From assembly GCF_006345805.1 (NCBI RefSeq), contig NC_043013.1, positions 45,818,001 through 45,882,000 of the forward strand: 64,000 nt of DNA, read 5' to 3'. Both the position numbers and the translations under genes were made by a program. Positions 22,206 through 37,175 of this stretch are shown one piece after another. Source of the stretch: Octopus sinensis. Its lineage: Eukaryota. The notes under the pieces were generated by a model. It was not told the origin of the DNA. It was given only the letters and a program-made list of their open reading frames with translations, and made no database searches. Positions within the stretch are counted from its first letter, which is position 1. Every line of letters starts with the position of its first letter.

Positions 22206-23349
22206 TTTAGAATAATCTGAATGAAAAATTTCCAAAGCAGTTGATTGGACACGAGACCAACAAACCGTAAACAGCTAGATCACCAGATCAAGCCATTTTG
22301 AATTTCGTTGATTGGGACTTTATCGATTCGTAACTCTACAAAACAATGATAAAAACTGCAAGTTATCACCGCAGATGGTTTAGGATGTGTTTCAAAATGC
22401 TGCCTAACTATTTTAGCCGTGTAAGAATACTGATGGCTGAAAACTCAAATCTTGAAACCTCAAACAGCGTTACTAATCTTTCATGCTATTATTCAATTCA
22501 TTTTTATAGTTTTAATGTGTTTCGTTAAAATAAATAAGCATTTTATGGACATCCATTTTATTACTTCTATTATTTTTCAGTTTGTGTATATCTGGTTGCC
22601 GAAAGACAGAGAAGGCAACTTAACGATAACATATTATTACATAGCAACGCACACCACTGCCCAGGTAGCCACTATTAAACTATATGAGGTTAGAAAACTC
22701 TCGATTTTAACTCGATTTTAAGCTGTATCTTGAACAAGACGAAAGATACGTTTTCGTCTTGTATCCATGCAAAGAAATATAAGTTTCAAGAGGTCAAGTT
22801 TATTTCTATATGAACGAATTTCGAACTATCGATAGCAGAACGTACAAGCAACAACATACACATGGAGAAGCGAAAATTCCGATACATAAAATCAAATCAA
22901 ATCAATTGTGATGTTAATTCCTTGTCAGCAAGTTAAATAGAGTTGCTTCTCTATTTAAGAAAAATATATTCTGATGCGACAAAGCGAGTATCAAGAAACT
23001 CACACAGAAAATTTAGCTGTTAAACATAAAGACAAAATAAAACGAAACACACCAACGAATTGCTATGAAAATTTTGCTATCAAATTCAAGGAATGAGAAA
23101 AAATGTTCTTTCCAGTTGTTAATTATTACCCTTATTTGGAACGTGTGTAGTTTGTGTCAGTCAATTAAACAATGAGGTGTCGACAACATCTTGAATAAGA
23201 TCACGTTTTTCATTACGGATTAACGACTGCCGCCTGAGTGATCAAATAACCGTCAAGGAATGCAAACAGCTTTATTTGTAAGATGGAATATAAAAATAAA
23301 ATGGCCTACACTATGTATTGAATATTTTTGTCGTGTTCTTTTTTAATGA

Positions 23350-24260
23350 TACACAGTCACACACACACGCACATCTGTACGTAATACCCACATACATAAT
23401 ACACACATACATACATACGCACACAAACACACATACATACATGCATACGCACATACATATATACACAAACACACATACATACATACACACATACATACGT
23501 ACATACATACATACACGTATACATTCATACATATATATACACAAACACACATACATACACACACACACACGGGTACATTCATACATACGCACACAAACAC
23601 AAATACATACATGCATACGCACATACATATGTACATACATATGTACATACATGCACAAACACACATACATACACACAAACATATGTACATACACGTATAC
23701 ATTCATACATATATACACAAACACACATACATACACACACACACATACACGGATACATTCATACATACACACATACATACATCCGCACACAAACACACAA
23801 ACACACATACATATATCTACATACATACACGAACATACATACATGCATACATACGTACATACATACACGTATACATTCATACATGTATACACAAACATAC
23901 ATACACACACGGATATATTCATACATACGCACATACATACATACTTACGCACACAAACATACATACATACATACATGCATACGTACATACATATATACAT
24001 ACATACACAAACACACATACATACATACATACACACATACATACGTACATACATACATACACGTATACATTCATACATATATACACAAACGCACATACAT
24101 ACACACACACACGGATACATTCATACACGCACACATACATACACACACTTACATACATACACATACACACATACATACATACATACATACATACATACAT
24201 ACATACATACATACATACATACATACATACATACATACATGCATACACACTTGCATACAT
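23350..24260. repeat. Compound (CATA)/(CA) tract with a higher-order ~175-195-bp period
   Basis: Landmark CACGTATACATTCATACAT at ~23514, 23692, 23866 and 24060. Confidence 0.85.
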
Positions 24261-24765
24261 ATATGGTGGAAGCCATAGCCCCTCACAATAAGGAGAAACA
24301 GGCGGAATGTTCCAGTGAAAACCTCAGAAAAATGTAGCCATAATAGACCTGGCTTAATGATTTGGGATAGACAAGAAAACTTTGTACAGTTGCGGAAATC
24401 AACTACCCAGCTAAAGATCAGCGAAAAAGAAAATACATACACTAATCTATTAAGAAATCTACAATTACTCTACCCAGATTGAGAGTTCAGGTTTATACCC
24501 GTAATTATTGGAGCAGTGGGATATGTAACATACTGCCTAAGAACGAATCTTGGGAAATTACGCTTCACAAAACCGAGATGGAAAAAAAAACTGATTCGAA
24601 GACGAGAGGGCCAAGCCATCACTGGAGTCATAAGAATCTGTAAAACTTTCCAAAAATCTTTCGTTTAAGTATATATGAACGTCTCTAGACATGGAACTTA
24701 TATGCACGAGGATACATAGATAAAACGAAACATACACAAAACAAATCATACAAATCTACACATAT
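24261..24765 (+). mobile_element. RLE-type LINE 3' fragment, (CATA)n-associated family, copy 3
   Basis: Homologous to 14753-15240 (ATATGGT(G/A)GAAGCCAT...AGACCTG...TGATTTGGGA...). (CATA)n on both flanks. Confidence 0.8.
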
Positions 24766-25371
24766 ACATACATGCATACATACATACATACATGCATGCA
24801 TACATACACACATACATACATACATGCATACGTACATATATGCATACATACATACATACAAACATACATACGTACATACATACATACATACATACATAAA
24901 TGCATACATACATACATGCATACATACATACAAACATACATACGTACATACATACGTACATACATACATACATACATACATACATACATACATACATGCA
25001 TACATACATACAAACATACATACGTACATACATACGTACATACATACATACATACATACATACATACATACATACATACATGCATACATACATGCATACA
25101 TGCATACGTACGTACATACGTACATACATACATACATGCATACCTACATACATACATACATGCACACATGCATACGTACGTACATACATACATACATACA
25201 TACATGCATACATACATACGTACATGCATACATACATACGTACGTACATACATACATACATACATGCATACATACATACGTACGTACATACATACATACA
25301 TACATGCATACATAAATACATATATTCATACATACATACATGCATACATACATACGTACATACATACATAC
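24766..25371. repeat. (CATA)n microsatellite
   Basis: Direct inspection. Confidence 0.95.
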
Positions 25372-25404
25372 GCTAACCTGAGTGCTTTTTCGCTGATCCT
25401 ATTA

Positions 25405-25594
25405 CAGCACAGGTATGGCAGTGTGGTTGAGAAGCTCGCTTTTACAACAACGTGGTTTCGAGCTCGATCCCATTCTGCTGCCCTTTGGGCGAGTGTCTTC
25501 TACAATAGCCCCAGACATACAAGTGCCTTGGGGGTGAATTCGTCTTACAGAAACTGAGTAGAAGCCCGTTGTGTACAGACAGATTCATAATACA

Positions 25595-25640
<46 letters not shown>

Positions 25641-25675
25641 CACACACATACATACATACATACATACATCCATAC

Positions 25676-25719
<44 letters not shown>

Positions 25720-26010
25720 TATATACACATATACATAAATATATATATGTGTGTGTGTGTGCGTGTGGTGTGTGTATGCATGTGCGTGTGGTGCGTATGT
25801 GTGTGTGTGTGTGACAAGCAGCGTTGGTTAGTTTACCTTCCCGTAGCTTAGCGGTTCAGCAAAAAGTGACTAACAGAATAAGTACCAGATTTTAAAATAC
25901 TATACTAAATGGAGGCAATTTGTTCGACCAAATCTCTTCAGGGCAGTGCTCTAGTATGACCGCTGTCCAGTGACTGGAAGAAGTATAAGATAAAAGATAA
26001 AAGATAAAAG
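25405..26010 (+). mobile_element. Diverged SINE A with an expanded internal microsatellite
   Basis: Head 25405-25575, CATA/TA/TG tract 25590-25812, tail 25813-26010 ending in GATAAAA repeats. Confidence 0.75.
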
Positions 26011-26194
26011 ATTAAAGACAAAATGAACAGACCTGTGGATTTACCATGCAAATTCATGTGAAGCAACACTGTATATGATTGGCAAGTTGGACACAAGTTA
26101 AGCTACTTCTGAAGATTCACCCCAAAACAATACAAAACTAGGCTTACCACATGGATTACTCTTCACCGTTCAATAATCTCTATATTAGGATTAA

Positions 26195-26541
26195 AGCGGC
26201 GAGCTGGTGGAATCGTTAGCACGCCGGGCAAAAATGCTTAGCGACATTTCGTCCGTCTTTACGTTCTGTGTTCAAATTCCGTTGAGGTCCACATTGCCTT
26301 TCATCCTTTCGGGCGTTACTCTATTATTACTTGTTTCAGTCATTTGACTGCGGTCATACTGAAGCACCGCCTTTACACGAGCAAATCGACCTCGGGACTT
26401 ATTATTTGTAAGCCTAGTACTTATTCTATCGGTTTCGTTTGCCGAACCGCTGAGTGACGGGGACGTAAACACACCAGCATCGGTTATCAAGCGATGTTGG
26501 GGGACAAACACAGACACACAAAGACACACACATATGTATAC

Positions 26542-26583
<42 letters not shown>

Positions 26584-26960
26584 TACAATAATAATAATAA
26601 TAATGATAATAATAATAATAATAATAATAATGAAATTATTGTATACAGTGCTCAGGTGTACCACAACTTGTCAGAAAGGGCGTATAAAGTATATACATAT
26701 ATACGACGGGCTTCTTTCAGTTTCCGTCTCCCAAATCCACTCACAAGGCTTTGGTCGGCCCGAGGCTATAGTAGAAGATACTTGCCCAAGGTGCCACGCA
26801 GTGGGGCTGAACCCGGAACAATGTGGTTGGTAAGCAAGCTACTTACCACACAGCCACTCCTGCGCCTATTGATAAAATAAATACCAATCGAGCCCTGGAA
26901 TCGATGTAATCGATTTGCTCCTCCCCTGAAATTTCTGATCTCGTGCGAAATTGTGAAACC
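26195..26960 (+). mobile_element. SINE B interrupted by an antisense SINE A
   Basis: The B head and central domain stop at CCTTTCGGG (~26313) and resume at GATAAAATAAATACCAATCG (~26871). Confidence 0.75.
26316..26866 (-). mobile_element. SINE A with an (AAT)n-bearing internal insert
   Basis: Reverse complement of the family A consensus, ending ...CCACTCCTGCGCC. Confidence 0.9.
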
Positions 26961-27169
26961 AATCTCTATATTAAGATCCTGCGAGAAAAATCCGGAGACC
27001 TGGTGAAATAAGCGCGCTGGAGGGATTTATAATTAGATGACGAGCTGACATCTACTGCTACGAAACGTTACGACTTAAAGACACGTAATTACCTACCCTG
27101 CTAGAATAACAGATTTAGCTTAATTTGAAGCTTATCTTCTAGATATAGTAATCTACACTAAATTCCGTA

Positions 27170-28200
27170 ACTATTCTAACCCTTTCAAGGTTAAACTTAA
27201 AACTGATATTAGAAACTTGAAAATCTCTAAAAATAAGTTCATTTTTTCTGATAAGGCTAACAACTTATATGAAGTTTAGAATGATAAATACGATAAGTAG
27301 CTGTGTAAAAATATCTCTATTAAATTAATAAAAGAAACGAACACCAGTAAATTAATGAAACAAATGAATAGGCCAAACTCGGAACGTTTAGCGAAAAGAG
27401 AAGCTTTTATAACTTTTAGGGGGCACAAACCCAACTTTGCAAACAAGCCCACCGGTAGACTTATAACTCTCGTTTGGACAGTGGTAGGCTTAGTACCCCT
27501 CCCCACCACCACACAGAAATCAAGAAATATCAGTAATAGAATTAGGAATAGTAAAGGCGGCGAGCTGGCAGAAACGTTAGCACGGCGGGCGAAATGCTTT
27601 GTGGTATTTCGTCCGCCGCTGCGTTCTGAGTTCAAATTCCGCCGAGGTCGACTTTGCATTTCATCCTTTTGGGGTCGATAGATAAAGTACCAGTTACGCA
27701 CTGGGGTCGATATAATCGACTTAATCCGTTTGTCTCTCCTTGTTTGTCCTCTCTGTGTTTAGCCCCTTGTGGGTAGTAAAGAAATAAGAATTAGGAATAG
27801 TACATAACTGCAGCAGATGGTTAATAGACAGATTTAAGACTATAATGGTTAAAACATTATATATTAGCGACAGAGGCAGTATTAATACCGAGATATATTT
27901 ATTCCCATTTAAACGCGGATGTTCTGTAGGAACAAACTATACTGCGGTAGATACAATGACAGAAACGTTCATGTTGGTTTTTGGTGTAAATACACTCTTG
28001 TTTATATCGTTGTAGAACTTTTTATACTAGATGGCCTAAAAACTAAGTTTTTCCCCCTATACTATTGGTATGTATCGAGGTGGTGATTAAGGCATAACCT
28101 ACGGCTGTAATGGTCATACGCTAGATATCTTTAAGAAAAATCTGATATCCAAATTTAGCAGTATAAATTTCAAAATCACAATAGCTACAAGCATTATGTC
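27170..28200 (+). pseudogene. Penelope-like reverse transcriptase relic, split by SINE B
   Basis: PFKVKLKTDIRNLK...FSDKANNLYEV, LAKREAFITFRGHKPNFANKPTGRLI (cf. AFITLKDHKxNF...CRLINP), and a decayed YRDD region followed by NGHTLDIFKKNLISKFSSINFKITI. Confidence 0.7.
27554..27786 (+). mobile_element. SINE B monomer, type-2 tail, with a 16-bp TSD
   Basis: TSD AGAATTAGGAATAGTA at 27538-27553 and 27787-27802. Confidence 0.95.
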
Positions 28201-28463
28201 GGTATATGAGAGGGCAAATTTAAACACCGTTATTTCCTTGCCTTTGAAGAAAGAAAGGGAAATGTCTTCGAATTAATTATGTTTGGATATTGAAGTAACG
28301 TGGTTCTGTAACCAATATGCAGTGTAAAATTTTTGAAGCATACGTTGAACTAAATCTTGCGAACTATGTAATTCTGTAGAAGAATCTTACATTTATGAGT
28401 CTGAAGAAATCATTTTTAATAAATTCAGATATTTCGAGAAAGTCTTCTTTTATTTCTTTACAA

Positions 28464-28506
<43 letters not shown>

Positions 28507-28720
28507 CAAAATACAAAATGGAACAAGAACGCAAAATATCCAGACAACTAAGTGATACAAAAAGGGACAAAACATCCAGATAGACGATACAAAAATCAAG
28601 GAAGCTTTTTATCCTCAGTCAAGAACCGGATCATCCTCGCATTTCGCCTGATTAACATTGAGATTGCTCCAATCTGGCCAACCCCAAGGAAAAACTTAGC
28701 TAAGAGCATTAGATTCCTTG

Positions 28721-28784
<64 letters not shown>

Positions 28785-28826
28785 ATATATATATATATAT
28801 AGATATATATATATATATATATATAT

Positions 28827-29431
28827 ATAAATTAAATTAGAGATAAAACCACTATTAGGCAAATCAAACAGTGAAAAACATAAACCAAAACATAGAAATA
28901 AAATTAATTAATATAATATACAAAATATATAAAATATAAAATTCAAAATTAAATTATATTATTATTATAATTAATATATTGATAAATTACGTTTATTGAG
29001 TGTAATATCTCAATTTCGTAAGTTATGGAATTTACAGGTAAGATAGAACCGCTATTTTGGAATTCATCTTTGAAGGATATTCCAATACCCTCTAGGAAAG
29101 AATATATTTTGAAACTTATTAATAATATTAAGGATTTTGTTTCTAGAATTAAATGGAAAGCCGACTCTTATAACTATAATATATCTAATTTTAATGATAG
29201 TATGAATAATTTTAAATTTTTAACTTTACATTTAAATAATTTAATTTTGAATTTTCTATTTTATATATTTTGTATATTATATCAATTAATTTTATTTCTA
29301 TGTTTCGGTTAATGTTTTTTCACTGTTTGATTTGCCTTATAGTGGTTTTATCTCTAATTTAATTTATATTTATACTGAAAATTAGATTTAATGCTAAATC
29401 TAATTTTTCCTTGTAAGTTTGGATTACTTCC

Positions 29432-29433
<2 letters not shown>
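28827..29433. mobile_element. Inverted-repeat element (arms ~28827-28958 and ~29233-29367) enclosing the N-terminus of a PLE ORF, plus a one-sided tail
   Basis: The arms are reverse complements (GAGATAAAACCACTAT.../...ATAGTGGTTTTATCTC). The spacer ORF from 29025, FWNSSLKDIPIPSRKEYILKLINNIKDFVSRIKWKA, resembles the SxKNIPxP...RMRWKA N-terminus of PLE RT ORFs. Confidence 0.7.
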
Positions 29434-29478
<45 letters not shown>

Positions 29479-29518
29479 TATTATATATATATATATATAT
29501 TATATATATATATATATA

Positions 29519-29748
29519 AAATATTATTCGAGACGAAACCACTATTTTGCAAAACAAACAAGGAAAGACTTATCAACATAAAATTTTATAATTTTGACTA
29601 TTTATTAAAATTTTATGTTGATTAAGTCTTTCCTTGTTTGTTTTGCAAAATAGTGGTTTTGTCTCGATAATATTTATAATATTTTACTATAAAATCGATT
29701 TAATCCTAAATCTGATTTTTTCCGTAATTTGGATTTATTCCCTAATAT
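29519..29748. mobile_element. Miniature hairpin element (arms 29519-29588 and 29606-29675) plus a tail related to 29370-29433
   Basis: GAGACGAAACCACTATTTTGCAAAACAAACAAGGAAAGACTTA is followed by its reverse complement. The terminal motif and tail are shared with the 28827 element. Confidence 0.8.
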
Positions 29749-29752
29749 TTAT

Positions 29753-29818
<66 letters not shown>

Positions 29819-29861
29819 ATGTTTGTATATATATATATATGTATGTATATGTATATATATA

Positions 29862-30218
29862 GGCGCAGGAGTGGCTGTGTGGTAAGTAGCTTGCTAACCA
29901 ACCATACGGTTGCGGGTTCAGTCCTACTGCGTGCATCTTGGGCAAGTGTCTTCTGCTATAGCCCCGGGCCGACCAATGCCTTGTGAGTGGATTTGGTAGA
30001 CGGAAACTGAAAGAAGCCTGTCGTATATATGTATATATATGTATATGTGTGTGTGTTTGTGTGTCTGTGTTTGTCCCCCTAGCATTGCTTGACAACCGAT
30101 GCTGGTGTGTTTAGGTCCCCGTCACTTAGCGGTTCGGCAAAAAGAGACCGATAGAATAAGTACTAAAGGTGGTGCTCCAGCATGGCCGCAGTCAAATGAC
30201 TGAAAACAAGTAAAAGAG

Positions 30219-30219
<1 letters not shown>
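29862..30219 (+). mobile_element. SINE A (with a deletion in the tail)
   Basis: Family A head, body and tail, inserted in (TA)n. Confidence 0.9.
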
Positions 30220-30250
<31 letters not shown>

Positions 30251-30299
30251 TATATTATGTATGTATGTATGTATGTATGTATGCATGTATGTATGTATG

Positions 30300-30341
<42 letters not shown>

Positions 30342-30365
30342 TGTATATATATATATATATGTATG

Positions 30366-30397
<32 letters not shown>

Positions 30398-30412
30398 TAT
30401 ATATTATATACA

Positions 30413-30448
<36 letters not shown>

Positions 30449-30466
30449 TGTATGTATGTATGTATG

Positions 30467-30498
<32 letters not shown>

Positions 30499-31018
30499 TA
30501 TATATATATATATATATGTATACTAACTAAGTAACTATCTCAATCCAAGTAAACACGAGGCTACGTTATCTTGACTTATGAAATAATGCTTATTTTTCTT
30601 TTGAATTAATTTTCAGTTATAACAGATTTCCGATAGAGATAATAAGTTTACGCTGTATGGAATTAGTTTTGAGAGCAGTAGGGATTCAACTCCAGCTGCC
30701 TGGCTCTGGCTGTACCGAACCTAAGAACATGTCACTCTCTCCGACGTTATCGATCATCGATTCATCTTGTACAAGGCAATCATACTTTTGTTTTATTTTT
30801 CTACCTTTTTTTTTGTAGGGTTTTCGATATAGATTAGGTTAAAGGGATGGAAGAACCGGAAGTTAGGTCCAATTTGACTCTGAGGAAGCATCAAAGTGCT
30901 AACGGAGATGTTAAACATCAACCTCTCTTATATACCTGCCAATGAACTTGCTCTAATTACCTTGACATAGTTCTCAGCTAAGTGCGAACCATCACATTCT
31001 TGATGTTGTTGCTGTTGC

Positions 31019-31191
31019 TGTTGAGCGAACGGTCTTCGTCCCAGAGCTCGCAAGATGGGAGAAGTCCGAAACGTGGTCCTTTGCTATTCGTAAGACCCGC
31101 AGAAGAGAAAGCAGGTCAACCCCCGACACCGAGAGCATCGACGGATGGATGAATGCGCATCCAGGCTCAGCGGTTGCGTAGGTAGTCGGGG
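31019..31191 (-). mobile_element. 5'-truncated copy consisting only of SINE C tail type 2
   Basis: Homologous to 56511-56677. TSD TGTTGTTGCTGTTGC at 31004-31018 and 31192-31206. Confidence 0.8.
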
Positions 31192-31329
31192 TGTTGTTGC
31201 TGTTGCCTCACGTTGTCAGTATATAAGACAATATAAGGCAATATGACACATTATGAGACAATGTGAGAAAAATTTCTCAATCTACAAAAAACCCCCCCAA
31301 AAAGAACAAAAAATAGAAACGAATCACAG

Positions 31330-32120
31330 GTATGCTTAGAGGTATTTCGTCTGCTGTTACGTTCTGGGTTCAAATTCCGCCGAGGTCGACTTTGCCTTTC
31401 ATCCTTTCGGGGTCGATAAAATTAAGTACTAGTTACGCACTGGGGTCGATGTAATCGACTTAATCCGTTTGTCTGTCCTTGTTTGTGCCCCCTGTGTTTA
31501 GCCCCTTGTGGGCAATAATGAAATAAGAAATAAGAAGCTTGCTTCCCAACCGCATGGTTCCGGTTTCAGTCTCACTGCGTGGCACCTTGAGCAATTGTCT
31601 TCTACTGTAGCCTTGGGCCGACCAAAGCATTGTGAGCGGATTTGGTAGACAGAAACTGAAAGAAACCCGTCGTACGTATGTGTATGAGTGTATACATATA
31701 TATATATATATATATGTTTGTATATATATATCTATATGTATGTGTGTGTGTTTGTGTCGGTGCTTGTCTCCGCAACCTCCTGACAATCAGTGCTGGTTTG
31801 TTTACGTCCCTGTAACTTAACGGTTCGGCAGAAGAGCCTGATAGAATAAGTACCAGGGTTATAAAAAGTACTGGGATCGAAGCATTCGACTAAAACCCTT
31901 TAAGGCGGTGCCCCAGCATGGCCGCCATCTTAATGATTAAAACAAGTAAAAGATACACTACACCGACCCCAGTGTTCAACTGGTACTTATTTTATCGGCC
32001 TCGAAAGGCTGAAAGACAAAGTTGACCTTCGTGAGATTTGAACTCAGAACTTAAAGACGGACGAAATGCCGCTAAGCAACTTGCCCGGCGTGCTAGCAAT
32101 TCTGCCAGTTCGCCACCTTA
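31330..32120. mobile_element. SINE cluster: headless SINE B (+, 31330-31528), SINE A (+, 31530-31955), SINE B (-, 31963-32120)
   Basis: Each part matches the family consensus seen elsewhere in the window. Confidence 0.8.
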
Positions 32121-32208
32121 TATTGGCTGAAAACTATAATCGTTAATGTATCTATTTATCTGTAGCTAACCAAACAACATACTTCCAGTGGCTGACTTTT
32201 AATATAGA

Positions 32209-32597
32209 TGTGGTGGAAGCACTCCGTCGGTTACGACGATGAGGGTTCCGGTTGATCCGAATCAACGGAACAGCCTGCTCGTGAAATTAACGTGTAAGTG
32301 GCTGAGCACCCCACGGACACGTGTACCCTTAACGTAGTTCTCGGGGATATTCAGCGTGACACAGAGAGTGACAAGGCCGGCCCTTTGAAATACAGGTACA
32401 ACAGAAACAGGAAATAAGAGTGAGAGAAAGTTGTGGTGAAAGAGTACAGCAGGGATCACCACCATCCCCTGTCAGAGTCTCGTGGAGCTTTTTAGGTGTT
32501 TTCGCTCAATAAACACTCACAACGCCCGGTCTGGGAATCGAAACCGCGATCCTATGACCGCGAGTCCGCTGCCCTCACCACTGGGCCATTGCGCCTC
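32209..32597 (-). mobile_element. SINE family C (tRNA-derived head), tail type 1
   Basis: Minus strand GGAGGCGCAATGGCCCAGTGG...GGTTTCGATTCCC with A/B boxes. TSD CTTTTAATATAGA at 32196-32208 and 32598-32610. Confidence 0.9.
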
Positions 32598-33174
32598 CTT
32601 TTAATATAGAGATAAGGCAGCAGGTACACAAGAAATGCAGAAATACAACGGCACACACAGAAACACGCACACATACATACTTATATAAGTGTTCGTATGT
32701 ATGCATAAGAAAGAAAGCAAGCAAGATAGAGAGAGAGACGGGGAGAGAGGGAGGGGTTCATCTTACAATGGAATTTTTTTTGTGCAGATTAAACCTTTAT
32801 CTCAGTCGTGCGTTTTTTAAATTTTAATTTTGTTCTGATGTTTTTGTGTCTAAAAATAAGTCTTGGAATCGTTTGCTTTAGATTTTGTTGACTTCATTTT
32901 TTTCTTTTAAAAAATACAATTCTATAGTTTTAAATGGATTCTAACAGGATTATATTGAAGATATAGTCTCTATATCCACTTCGTTGGTTTGGGGATCTAG
33001 TAGAACAGTTTTCCGCTTCTCTCCTTCTCCAATGCAAGCAATGAAGATAATTGTAGAAGAAGAGTAAAAAAGGAAATTGGTTTTAGTAATGGAATACGAA
33101 CAAGGTGACTAACTTCAAATAATGGAAATGTTTTCGCTATTATACACACACACACATATTGTTAGAAACATTGA

Positions 33175-35741
<2,567 letters not shown>

Positions 35742-35857
35742 CCTTTCTACTATAAGCACAAGGCCTGAAATTTGGGGGAGGGGACCAGTCGATTACATCG
35801 ACCCCAGTGTTTCACTGGTACTTAATTTATCGACCCCGAAAGGATGAAAGGCAAAGT

Positions 35858-36146
35858 ACGAAGCGGTGACAAAAGCAAAGATTAATAAGGAAAAGTCGAT
35901 GGGCCTGCAGCTCGACTCTTGGACAAACAGGTCCATACCGACAGACAGCGAGGGTACTGAACCAGCTAAACTGCTCGGGGTCGAAATTGGTCCGGATCTC
36001 CAGGTGGACAATAACTAGGGGGAGGTTGAGAAGTGGGTTGAGAAGAATTATTGTTTACACGTGTTTTTGCGTTAAGCCCCATTTGTCTCTCGCTTTATAT
36101 CACTCTTTTTGTTTTGTGTCCACCACTTGTAACCAATAAAGAAAAT

Positions 36147-36148
<2 letters not shown>
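35858..36148 (+). mobile_element. Second L1/Tx1-like fragment: end of RT fused to the 3' UTR
   Basis: YEAVTKAKINKEKSMGLQLDSW...PAKLLGVEIGPDLQVDNN*GEV (cf. GAKINxEKS...KxLGV). It is followed at once by a 3' UTR ending AATAAAGAAAAT(ATC)n. Confidence 0.7.
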
Positions 36149-36187
<39 letters not shown>

Positions 36188-36383
36188 TGTTATTGTTGTT
36201 GTTATTATTATTATCATTTACTTTTAATCTGCATGCTTGTTACAATCACTCACCGAGACACACCCAGCGTCCTAGGGCGAGTGAAGGATAAGAGATATTA
36301 TTGTATGACTGGAAGCTTGGGGAGGAGAAATGGAAGGGGCAGTAGTAAAATATCCCTTCCCCTCTCCAAGCTTTCAGTTATTA

Positions 36384-36442
<59 letters not shown>

Positions 36443-36443
<1 letters not shown>

Positions 36444-37076
36444 GTTTTTCCTTCTTTCTTCAAATTTTCTTCCGTTTCTCGCCGAGTGTTTTCCATACAC
36501 CTAGGGCAGAGAAGGGCATTGTATGCATTCCCAGATTACACGCGCAAATTCACAGATAAAATATGTATCTAAAAATTAATAAATAAATAAATTCATGAAT
36601 GGATGTTGTTTACACAGCGATAATACTCTTCTTAGTACATGAGCCGTTCCAGTTAATACGATTTTTTGCACTTCCTGTAGGGATGGTAAGCCTGAAATCA
36701 TTTTCAAATAGGTTTCAGTGCCTTTTTTTTTTATCATTCCTAGAGATCCTACAATCACTGGTACTGTAGTCGCCTTGAGATGCCACATTTTTTCAATTTC
36801 CATTAGCAGGTCTTTATATTTACTAATCTTGTCAAATTCTTTCGCCGCTATATTGTGATCACAGGGAATACTCATGTCAATTAATAAACACATCTTTTTG
36901 TCTGATCTTTTATAATGATATCCGGTTTATTGGCTTTTATAGTCCTGTCGGTCTGCACGGGGAAGTTCCATAGAATCGACACATTTTCTTCCTCAGTCAC
37001 AGCTTCAGGATGATGTTTATACCATTTGTCAGCGGTTTTGATTTTATAATGCCGACATATTGTCCAGTGTAAATAC
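36443..37076 (-). pseudogene. 5'-truncated R4/Dong LINE (RLE domain and 3' UTR) in (TAA)n, copy 1
   Basis: YLHWTICRHY...WYKHHPEAV...ILWNFPVQTDRTIKANKPDIIIKD / CLLIDMSIPCDHNIAAKEFDKISKYKDL...PVIVGSLG...GTAHVLRRVL. (TAA)n on both sides, the known Dong target. Confidence 0.9.

Positions 37077-37173
<97 letters not shown>

Positions 37174-37175
<2 letters not shown>

Noticed and set aside
23311-25557. Long ORFs (up to 339 aa) rich in H/T/Y/I or M/Y/V/C
   Set aside because: They are translations of (CATA)n/(TATG)n microsatellites, open in several frames on both strands.
32525-32597. tRNA-like sequence at SINE heads (families A, B, C)
   Set aside because: A/B boxes are present, but each continues into a SINE body, often with a TSD, and I could not fold a full cloverleaf. 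Not called as tRNA genes.
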